Assembly (NCBI GenBank): GCA_024277355.1 | Contig: JAJRVL010000002.1 | Coordinates: 72,434 to 104,433, forward strand | DNA: 32,000 nucleotides | Direction: 5' to 3' | Source: an archaeon | GTDB taxonomy: Archaea > Iainarchaeota > Iainarchaeia > Iainarchaeales > 1-14-0-10-31-34 | In this document: one piece after another, positions 8,098 through 16,936 of the stretch | How the letters are laid out: every line of letters begins with the position of its first letter | How positions within the stretch are numbered: the stretch's first letter is position 1 | The notes under the pieces: generated by a model | Seen by the model: only the letters and a program-made list of their open reading frames with translations | The model's database searches: none | Told to the model about the DNA's origin: nothing | Made by a program: the position numbers and the translations under genes

Positions 8098-9195
8098 ATG
8101 AATGTTAATTCTTTGATTAATGATGCAGTAACTAAAATTAAAGGCAATGAAGGAAAGAAAAAAAACATTGCAGGAAAATTAACTGCAGTAAAAAAAACAA
8201 ATTTAAGTGAATTTAATTCAAAAGAATTATTTGAAGAAAACTTTTTTTTTGAAATTTCTCCTGCTGAATTAAACAATAAAATTGCCGGAACTGATTCAGG
8301 GTTTGTTGGAAAAAGAATGCATTCAGTTGATATTGTTTTAATTAAAACAGTTTCAGCAGTTTTTTCTTATCAAAAAAACAAATTAACTAAAGCAGAATAT
8401 TTTCCTTCTCCTACTGCTTTTCCTAAACCTTTTATTTCTTCTAATACTCTGGAAAATGATGAATTTCAGTCTAATCAGTCTTTAATGAGGTTAAAAGAAG
8501 AAATTTCTAATTCAATAGAAGTAATAGAAAAATTTAAGCCTGATTATTGTTTTTTGGATGGAAGTATTATTCCGCAGTATGCTGAAACAAAAAAAGATTC
8601 ACAGTTGTATTCAAATTATTCTAATTTAATTAAATTATTTCAAGAATTATATGAAACTGCAGAGCAAAACAAATGTAATTTAATTGCTACTGTGGAAGAT
8701 TCAAGGGGTTCAAGATTCAGGAGTATTTTGCAGAAAGAAATCTTAGAAAAAAATAAGTTAATTGAGTCAGATGCATTAAATTCTTTTTTTGATTCAAGTT
8801 TACTTGATTATTTGCTTTCAAAAAATGAAAGAAGTTTTTGTTTTAATTACACGTCATCCATAAAAGAGCATCCGATTTTAAAGGATTTTAATGAAAAATG
8901 GGCTTCAAGAATAAAAACTTTTTATTTAAAGCCTTCAATGCTTGACAGGCCTTTAAGAATTGAATTTCTTCATAACGGAAAAAATTTAACTGAATACTGT
9001 AATGAAATTGCTTCTGTTGTTTTGTCTTTGTCTTCTTTGCATAAAGAATATGCTTATCCTTCTGTTTTAATTGAAGCAGATTTAAGGGCAAGATTAAAAC
9101 CAAATGAAGTGGAAATTTTGTTTAATAAAATTCAGGATAAATTAGGAAGAGAAAATGCTTTTTTGGCTTTAAGGAGAAATTCAAGGCCGTTTTGA
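8098..9195 (+). CDS. nurA: NurA 5'-3' nuclease
   Basis: 365 aa. NurA-like acidic motifs: IAGTDSGFVG, CFLDGSIIPQY, ATVEDSRGSRF and YPSVLIEADLRARL. Confidence 0.75.
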   Translation: MNVNSLINDAVTKIKGNEGKKKNIAGKLTAVKKTNLSEFNSKELFEENFFFEISPAELNNKIAGTDSGFVGKRMHSVDIVLIKTVSAVFSYQKNKLTKAEYFPSPTAFPKPFISSNTLENDEFQSNQSLMRLKEEISNSIEVIEKFKPDYCFLDGSIIPQYAETKKDSQLYSNYSNLIKLFQELYETAEQNKCNLIATVEDSRGSRFRSILQKEILEKNKLIESDALNSFFDSSLLDYLLSKNERSFCFNYTSSIKEHPILKDFNEKWASRIKTFYLKPSMLDRPLRIEFLHNGKNLTEYCNEIASVVLSLSSLHKEYAYPSVLIEADLRARLKPNEVEILFNKIQDKLGRENAFLALRRNSRPF

Positions 9196-9244
9196 TGAAA
9201 GGATTAATATTATTTTTCTTTCTTCTTTTTTTTAGTGAATTAAG

Positions 9245-9916
9245 ATGGAAAAATTAAAAGTTAAAGCAGTTTTTTTTGATTTATGGAATACTTTGGCTTT
9301 TACTGATTCAAAAAAAGATTTATTCAGAGAAATGCAGGTTCGTTTTGGTTTAAATGAAATAACTCATTCTCAGTTTTTGCAGGGATGTGAAAGAGCAATA
9401 ATGTTAGAGGAATTTGAAACTTTAGAGCATTTATATTCAAAGTTGCTGAATTATTTTTCTGTTCCTTCAGGAGAAATTATGTTAGGGGACTTGGATTTTT
9501 TATGGAATTATACTTTAAAGAAAAACAAGTTTTATCCTGAAACAAAAAAAGTTTTAACTAAAACAAAAAAACATTTTAAGACTGCTTTAATTTCTAATTG
9601 CGAGAATTTTGGAGTTAAAGGGTTGTCTAATGGATTTGATTTTAAGGATTATTTTGATGAAATAATTCTGTCTTGTGATGTAAATTTATTAAAACCTAAT
9701 TCAAAAATTTTTCAGGTTCCTTTAAAAAAACTTAAAGTTAAACCTGAACAGGCAGTAATGATTGGTGATTCAATTCGAACTGACATGAAAGGCGCAAAAA
9801 GATCAGGATTAAAAACAATTTTAATTGACAGAAAACAAAGATTTAAAGGAAAAAAATTAGAGGTTGATGCTGTTATTTCTTCTTTAAATGAATTAGAAAA
9901 AGTAATTGAATTTTAA
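9245..9916 (+). CDS. HAD-superfamily hydrolase
   Basis: Motif I VFFDLWNTL, motif II ALISNC, motif IV MIGDSIRTDMKGAKRSGLKTILI. Confidence 0.75.
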   Translation: MEKLKVKAVFFDLWNTLAFTDSKKDLFREMQVRFGLNEITHSQFLQGCERAIMLEEFETLEHLYSKLLNYFSVPSGEIMLGDLDFLWNYTLKKNKFYPETKKVLTKTKKHFKTALISNCENFGVKGLSNGFDFKDYFDEIILSCDVNLLKPNSKIFQVPLKKLKVKPEQAVMIGDSIRTDMKGAKRSGLKTILIDRKQRFKGKKLEVDAVISSLNELEKVIEF

Positions 9917-9921
9917 TGAAT

Positions 9922-10572
9922 TTAATAAGAAGAATCTCTGGTTTCTCTTATAATCCAATCAACTGCCTTAAATCCGGTTAATTGCTGTCTTTCTCTTTTG
10001 CTTCCTAATGAAAAAGTTTTTGCGTCATGTTTGAATTCTGCTGCAATTTTTTTCCATATGTCTCTTGTAGAAAGCTTGTTGTTTTTTGTTAATTCAATTA
10101 TTCTGTTTTCAATCAGGTTATTTCTTATTTTTGTTTTTCCTTTAGCTGAAGTTATTTTTGGAATAGTTGTTTTAGGAGTGCTTATTGTAATTGAATTAGT
10201 GTTATATTCTTTTGCTTTAACTAAACCTGTTTCGTTTGCAATTCTTCTTAATGAAGCATAACTCATTCCATCAATTTTTTTTGAAACAGCAACTAAATTA
10301 AGTTTTCCTTTTTTTGATTCAATCCATAAAACATTAACTGCATTAACAATGTTTTCCGGAGAAATAATTTTAGCGTTTTTAACTGAATTTTTTGAATTAC
10401 TTTTTATTAATTCAAATGTTTTTAATTTAATTCTCCTTGGAATTGTTTTATTAAATGATCTAAAAAATTTAGGCAGAACATTTCGCCCCAAAACAACTTT
10501 TCTCGGTTTAAGCATTTTTTGTGTTCTTGCATTTCTTCTTCTTACAGTTAAATGAGCTCGATTTTTATTCAT
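9922..10572 (-). CDS. Lys/Arg-rich multi-HTH DNA-binding protein, paralog family member 3
   Basis: 216 aa. PKFFRSFNKTIPRRIKLKTFELIKSN aligns with the KFFxLIxKxIP block of members 1 and 2. HTH-like units include LVAVSKKIDGMSYASLRRIANETGL and NRIIELTKNNKLSTRDIWKKIA. Confidence 0.45.
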   Translation of the reverse strand: MNKNRAHLTVRRRNARTQKMLKPRKVVLGRNVLPKFFRSFNKTIPRRIKLKTFELIKSNSKNSVKNAKIISPENIVNAVNVLWIESKKGKLNLVAVSKKIDGMSYASLRRIANETGLVKAKEYNTNSITISTPKTTIPKITSAKGKTKIRNNLIENRIIELTKNNKLSTRDIWKKIAAEFKHDAKTFSLGSKRERQQLTGFKAVDWIIRETRDSSY

Positions 10573-10597
10573 AATTTATTTTGTTTTTTAAAGTTTA

Positions 10598-10615
10598 TAA
10601 ATTTCACTGGCGTTT
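10598..10615. promoter_or_regulatory. conserved 18-mer TAAATTTCACTGGCGTTT in the divergent promoter (copy B, upstream of herA)
   Basis: Exact match to 8038..8055. Lies 26 nt from the minus-gene ATG and 61 nt from the herA ATG. After an 8-nt spacer come AAACCTTT (10624..10631) and a TATA-like TTTAAATA. Confidence 0.6.
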
Positions 10616-10658
10616 TACACTGAAAACCTTTAAATAACTTATAATCATTTTTTTGTTT

Positions 10659-12194
<1,536 letters not shown>

Positions 12195-12219
12195 TAATTA
12201 AAAAAAACACTAATTTTTT

Positions 12220-12801
12220 ATGCTAAGAAAACTTTGGAGAAAAACCCGAAAACCTTTTGTTAAAACTGTTCAGGGATTAAAAAAAGTTGAAGGTGGAAAA
12301 GAAAGAAGAAAAAAGTTAGCTGATTCTTTAAAACATGCAAGAAAAATAGATAAATGTATTAAAATTTCAAGATGGGGTCGTTTTGGAGAATCTTTTTTAG
12401 AACGTGATAAAAAAATTCTTCTTTCAAGAATTAATAATTTGCTTAATCGTGAAAAACAAGTTAAGGTAGTTAAAATTTTAGATTTAGGTTCTGGTTCAGG
12501 CGTTTATTGGGATAAACTTGTACAGGGAAACCCCAGACTTAAGAGGAAACTTAAAGTTGTTTGTATTAACCCTACAAGAACTCTTTTCAGAGAAACTGAA
12601 GTAAAAAGTCTTGTTTTAGGAAATCTTTTAACAATGAATAAAGCAAGATTTAAAAAATTTCTAAAAGAAAAAGGAAAATTTAATTTGGTTATTTCTTCTG
12701 CAGGCTCTTATCATTACAGTTTTGAAAAAGAATTATTTGATAGAAGAATAATGGATGTTTTAATTGAAAAAAAAGAATCTAATTTTTTGCTTTTAACTTA
12801 A
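12220..12801 (+). CDS. hypothetical protein with basic N-terminus and possible SAM-methyltransferase fold
   Basis: 193 aa. Only motif I-like KILDLGSGSGVYW is recognisable. Lies 25 nt downstream of herA on the same strand. Confidence 0.4.
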   Translation: MLRKLWRKTRKPFVKTVQGLKKVEGGKERRKKLADSLKHARKIDKCIKISRWGRFGESFLERDKKILLSRINNLLNREKQVKVVKILDLGSGSGVYWDKLVQGNPRLKRKLKVVCINPTRTLFRETEVKSLVLGNLLTMNKARFKKFLKEKGKFNLVISSAGSYHYSFEKELFDRRIMDVLIEKKESNFLLLT

Positions 12802-13053
12802 TCAAAAACCTAATTTTTTTAGTTTTGCACTTGGATCATCATTAATATATTCTTCTAATGCTTTTTCTAATTCATCTTCTTTTTCAAAACTTAATCCTTT
12901 TTTTGTTTTACCGCTTAATTCTTCAATTCTTAATCTTACTGCATCTCTTACTGCTTCAGTCCTTGAAGCATAAAAACCATTTTTAACTAATTTGTCAATT
13001 TTTTCAATGTCTTTTTTTGAAAAATTAATTAACACAGAAATTTTTGAATTCAT
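12802..13053 (-). CDS. ribbon-helix-helix (CopG/Arc/MetJ) DNA-binding protein
   Basis: Beta-strand plus two helices: KISVLINFSKKDIEKIDKLVKNGFYASRTEAVRDAVRLRIEEL. The track start at 13068 is TTG; ATG 13053 (MNSKISV) is preferred. Confidence 0.6.
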   Translation of the reverse strand: MNSKISVLINFSKKDIEKIDKLVKNGFYASRTEAVRDAVRLRIEELSGKTKKGLSFEKEDELEKALEEYINDDPSAKLKKLGF

Positions 13054-13132
13054 AATACTAAAACACAATTAAACTTAATAAATATATACTAAAATACATT
13101 ATTTATATATTATTTATATATTTGTTGCTTTC

Positions 13133-13142
13133 TTCACCGGCA
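13133..13142. promoter_or_regulatory. degenerate third copy of the nurA/herA upstream core (TTCACCGGCA vs TTCACTGGCG)
   Basis: 8/10 match. Lies 58 nt upstream of ATG 13191 (55-56 nt in copies A and B). TTTTTAAA follows 29 nt later (26 nt in A and B). It is a GC-rich island in AT-rich spacer. Confidence 0.3.
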
Positions 13143-13190
13143 GTCAGGAGTTGGGTTTTTGTTTTTAAAGAACTTAAATTTGTTTCTTGT

Positions 13191-14672
13191 ATGCCTTTAA
13201 CTTCCAATACCTTTTATTTATCCAATGCGGAATATGTTGAAAAAAAGAAAAGAGTTTCAGTTGAATTCTCTAACTTAAATGAAACAAGAAGAATTTCTTT
13301 TCCTTTTATTCCTTATATTATTCTTCATAAAAGTTTGCTGGACAAATCTTTTTTTGATTTCCTGAAAAAAAAGAAACTTAAAACCGAAAAAATAACTAAT
13401 GGCTTTAAAGTTTTTTCAAGTGATTTTTCTTTTTTAGAAAAAGTGAATTCTTTTTTTGAAAAAAAAGGGATTTTACTTCCTTCTGAAACACAGTTTTTGT
13501 TATTAAAGAACTGGAGTTTTTTTGATGGATTTGAATTAAATGAAAATAATGAATTTGAAAAAAAAGGTTTTATTGAATTCCCTGAATTAAAACCTGAGTT
13601 CAGCTATAATTCCTTAAAAGAAAATGTTTCTGAAATGCTTTCTTTTTCTGATACTTCCGGAAAAAACTTTTTAAATAAAATTATTCTTTCAAATGTTTTA
13701 TGTTTAAAGCTGAATTATCTTAATGTTTCTAAATCGTCAATGCTTGATTCTTTTATTGAATTAATTTTATTTAGAAATAATTTTGCTTTTAATAAATCAA
13801 AACCAAAATTTGATTCAGGTTTTATTAAAAAATATTCAGGGAAATTAAAGGAAATTGATTTTTCTTTTGTCTGGCCTGTTTTGTTTTCTTTTCCTTTTCA
13901 TAATTTAGGTTTTGATTCAGTTAATTGTTCCTGCTGTAAGCCGAAAGAATTTAATGAAAGAAATATTCTTCCTTCTTCTTTGATTGAAGTTAAATTCAAT
14001 GAAGATGCCATTTATTTTGAATCATCTAATACTGACTGGAGTTCTTTTTTCCATGAAAAGGCTTTAGGAAAAGAAAAAAGAATTAAAAGAATGAATGAAT
14101 GGCGTTTAAGAAACATTCCTTCAGGTCCTTTTTTCAGAAATGATGTTTTAAGAATTCCTTTAAATGATGCATTAAAACTAAAAGAAGAAGAAAAAATAGT
14201 TTTCTTAAATGATCATAATTTAGTTTGGAGCTGTACTAAAAAAGAATGTTTTATTTCAAAAGAATTAACTGAATTAAACAAAAAAACAGTTTTGTTTGAT
14301 AAAAAAATAAATGAATTGGAATCCGGTTCAATTAAAGATAATGGAATTGCTTTTTCTTTGTTTCTGGAAAAAAATCCTGAATTTCATTTTTTCTCTGAAT
14401 ATAAAAATGTATTAAAAACAATTTTTTCTTCTGTTCCTTTTCATTTATCTTCTCATTCTTCTGCATTTTTTGATTTTGTTCTTTCAAATTCAATTAAATC
14501 TGTTTTTTCTTCGGTTTTAACTAAATTCAGGGAATTTTCAGTGTCTAATTCAAGTCCTTCTTTTATTACAAAAAAAGGTGTGTTAGTTGATTCTGATAAT
14601 CCTCTTGATTTGCTTACTGAATTCTCTAAAAACCAGAATATTCCTGTTCCAGAGCTTTCTATAAAGAATTAA
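13191..14672 (+). CDS. hypothetical protein; candidate miniaturised, degenerate family-B DNA polymerase homolog
   Basis: Ordered resemblance to archaeal PolB as recalled for Pfu. N-terminus [27 protein letters not shown] vs ILDVDYITEEGKPVIRLF..FRPYIYAL. Motif A [29 protein letters not shown] vs [43 protein letters not shown] vs RWYCKECAESVT. Most of the exonuclease domain is absent, and motifs B and C are degenerate. Start moved to ATG 13191; the TTG-started extension covers promoter-like sequence. Confidence 0.4.
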   Translation: [493 protein letters not shown]

Positions 14673-14768
14673 CCCTAAAAGGTTTGCTTTTTATTTGTTT
14701 TCCTGTACTTTTAAGTATAATTTAACCGATTTTTTCTGGTTTTTATTTGTTAATTAAAGTGATTTATT

Positions 14769-14975
14769 ATGCATGAATTTTTGACAAGATTTGAAACAAC
14801 AAGATTAATTAGTGCCAGGTCATTCCAGCTGGCTTTAGGTGCTCCTCCTTTAGTTAAAACAACTAAAGGAGAATCAATGCTGGATGTAGCAAAAAAGGAA
14901 TTAGAAAACAAGAAAATTCCATTAGCAGTTATAAGAAAATTTCCTTCAGGGGAAATAACTAAAGTTAATCCTTAG
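14769..14975 (+). CDS. rpoK: DNA-directed RNA polymerase subunit Rpo6 (RpoK)
   Basis: 68 aa. LTRFETTRLISARSFQLALGAPPLV matches the Rpo6/omega family core. Confidence 0.85.
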   Translation: MHEFLTRFETTRLISARSFQLALGAPPLVKTTKGESMLDVAKKELENKKIPLAVIRKFPSGEITKVNP

Positions 14976-14983
14976 GTGATTTT

Positions 14984-15169
14984 ATGGGTAAATCTGTTCC
15001 AAAAGGCGTAAAAACTAAAGCTGAAATCTTAATGAAAGAAGATGATGGTTTTTCAAGAGATTTTGAAAAAAATAAGGAAATAATTAATTCTTTTGATCTT
15101 AGTTTTTCAAAGAAAATAAGAAACCTTATTGCAGGATATGTCAGCAGAAGAAAAGGCGTAAAAGAGTAA
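14984..15169 (+). CDS. rps17e: 30S ribosomal protein eS17
   Basis: 61 aa. MGK...DFEKNKEI...SKKIRNLIAGYVSR follows the eS17 pattern (DF..NK...SKKLRNKIAGY). SD AGGTGAT lies upstream. Confidence 0.8.
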   Translation: MGKSVPKGVKTKAEILMKEDDGFSRDFEKNKEIINSFDLSFSKKIRNLIAGYVSRRKGVKE

Positions 15170-16936
15170 TTAATTAATTGAATTTTCTTTTGGAATTGAA
15201 CTGCCTTCGTTTTCTTTGTCTCTTTCTATTTCATAATAACTTCCTGAAGCAGCTTTTTCCATTTCAGAATCATGAGTTATTATAAAAATCTGGTCAACTA
15301 AAGAAGGAAGATGTTCTTTCATCATTTTACTTAATTTTGCTGTTGCATTTTTATCTAAATTATGTGTTGGTTCATCTAAAATTAACCAGCTTAAATTCTG
15401 AGTTAATACAAGAGAAAAAGCAACTCTGATGCAGATTGCTGCAGCACTTCTTTCTCCTCCTGAAAGAATTCCTTCAACCCTGATCCATTTTCCATTTTTT
15501 TCTTTTACTTTTATTTCGTAATTTCCTTCTTCTATTTCCATTTTAGCTGAAGTAAAATCGCCGTAAGGATAAATTTTATTCCATACGTCATCCATTGCTT
15601 CATTTATTGTGTCAATCATTTCTTTTCTTAATTCTGCCTGAGTTGCATTTAAGGCATTGTTAAATAATGCTAATTCAGATAAAATTTTTTCATGTAATTC
15701 AGTTTCTTTTTTTAATTCATTAATTCTGTTTTCTTCTTTTTCTATTTTTTCAATGTTTAATTTAATGCTTTCAATTAATTCAGCAGTATTTTTGATTTCT
15801 TTTTCAGAGAATTCAACTGAAGATTTAACTGAATAAACAATTTCTTTTTTTTTGCTGAAAGCATTTTCTATATAGCCAAGTGTTTCTTTTTTTTCTGTTA
15901 ATTCTGATAACTCTTTTTTCCAGTTTTTGGATTTAAAAAATTCTTTTATTAATTCAATTTCCTGTTCAATTTTTTTTATTTCGTTTTCTTTTGTTTGTAT
16001 TTTTTCTTCGTTTACTTCTTTTTCCAGTTTTTCTTTTAATAAATTGCTTTCATTCAATTTTTCTTTTATTAATTCAATTTGTTTTTGTGTTTCTTTTATT
16101 TCATTTAATCTTTCTGTTAAACCTTTAATTTTGTTTTTTTCTTCTTCAAGTGAAAAAACTTTGTTTTCTAATATTGTTTTGGTTTTTTTTATTTCTTTGA
16201 TTTCCAGCATGGTTTTTCTTTCATCTTCTGTTAAACCTTTGTTTATTATTCCTATTTTTTCTTCTTCTTTTTCATAAGAGTTAATTAATTCAATTTTTTT
16301 TTCCTGACTTAATTTTGTTGAACAAACAGGACAGTCTGATTCTGATTTAGTTAATTTTTTTATGTTTTCTTCTAATTCAGCAACTCTTTTTTCGTTAACT
16401 AAAATTCCGTTTTTTGTTTCAAAAACTTCTTTTTCAAGTTCTTCAATTCTTTTTTCTTTTGCTTTTTTTTCTTCCTGTATTTCTTTTATTTTTTTTTCTG
16501 TTTCTTCTTGTTTTTCTTTTATTTTTTCTTCTGAGTTAATTCCTGAAAGAAGTTCGGTTTTTCGGTTTTTTTCTTTTTCAAGAAATTCTTTTTTTTCGTT
16601 TTCTGCTTTTATTCCTGCTTTAATTGCAGAAAGTTCTCTTAATTTTGTTTCTATTTCGTTTTTTTCTTTTTTTAATTCAATTAATTTATTTTCTTCGTTT
16701 TCTGGTTCTTTGTTTTCAATGTCTTTTCCTTTTATTTTTTTTTCTGTTTCTGATATTTTTGTTTCAAGTTTAATTTCTTTTTCTTTTATTTCTTTGAATT
16801 CTTTTTCTTTTTTTTCCAGTATTTCTAATTCAGTTGCGTGTTGTTTTAATTCGTTTTTTTCTTTCTCTATTTTTTCCTGTGTTTCTTTTAGTTGTTTTTC
16901 TTTTTCTTCTTTTTTTGGTTTAATTCTTTTAATGCT
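15170..16936 (-). CDS. rad50: Rad50 continuation in the -1 frame: coiled coil, CPVC zinc hook, ABC signature, Walker B, H-loop
   Basis: I checked triplet by triplet that this frame is open from 16936 to the track ORF 15170..16210. It has no Met upstream of 16210, so the track truncates it. Zinc hook SESDCPVCS has CPVC at 16322..16333. Also LSGGERSAAAICIRVAF, WLILDEPTHNLD and FIITHD. Confidence 0.85.
   Translation of the reverse strand, partial: SIKRIKPKKEEKEKQLKETQEKIEKEKNELKQHATELEILEKKEKEFKEIKEKEIKLETKISETEKKIKGKDIENKEPENEENKLIELKKEKNEIETKLRELSAIKAGIKAENEKKEFLEKEKNRKTELLSGINSEEKIKEKQEETEKKIKEIQEEKKAKEKRIEELEKEVFETKNGILVNEKRVAELEENIKKLTKSESDCPVCSTKLSQEKKIELINSYEKEEEKIGIINKGLTEDERKTMLEIKEIKKTKTILENKVFSLEEEKNKIKGLTERLNEIKETQKQIELIKEKLNESNLLKEKLEKEVNEEKIQTKENEIKKIEQEIELIKEFFKSKNWKKELSELTEKKETLGYIENAFSKKKEIVYSVKSSVEFSEKEIKNTAELIESIKLNIEKIEKEENRINELKKETELHEKILSELALFNNALNATQAELRKEMIDTINEAMDDVWNKIYPYGDFTSAKMEIEEGNYEIKVKEKNGKWIRVEGILSGGERSAAAICIRVAFSLVLTQNLSWLILDEPTHNLDKNATAKLSKMMKEHLPSLVDQIFIITHDSEMEKAASGSYYEIERDKENEGSSIPKENSIN

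Noticed and set aside
6405-10572. The multi-HTH genes as insertion sequences or a mobile element
   Set aside because: No DDE or serine/tyrosine recombinase domain, terminal inverted repeats or target-site duplications are present. The only shared non-coding sequence is the 18-mer, at a fixed promoter position.
14583-14600. VLVDSDN near the C-terminus of the PolB-like protein as the true motif C (YxDTD)
   Set aside because: It lies ~115 aa after the WSC..EC segment, against ~35 aa in PolB, and would leave only ~25 aa for a thumb domain. It is kept as an alternative in the finding, not asserted.
15900-16900. Apparent short periodic repeats (ttcttttt / tttctttt) suggesting a tandem repeat or CRISPR-like array
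   Set aside because: There is no repeat-spacer organisation. The periodicity is codon-level (Glu/Lys heptads) within the verified open rad50 frame.
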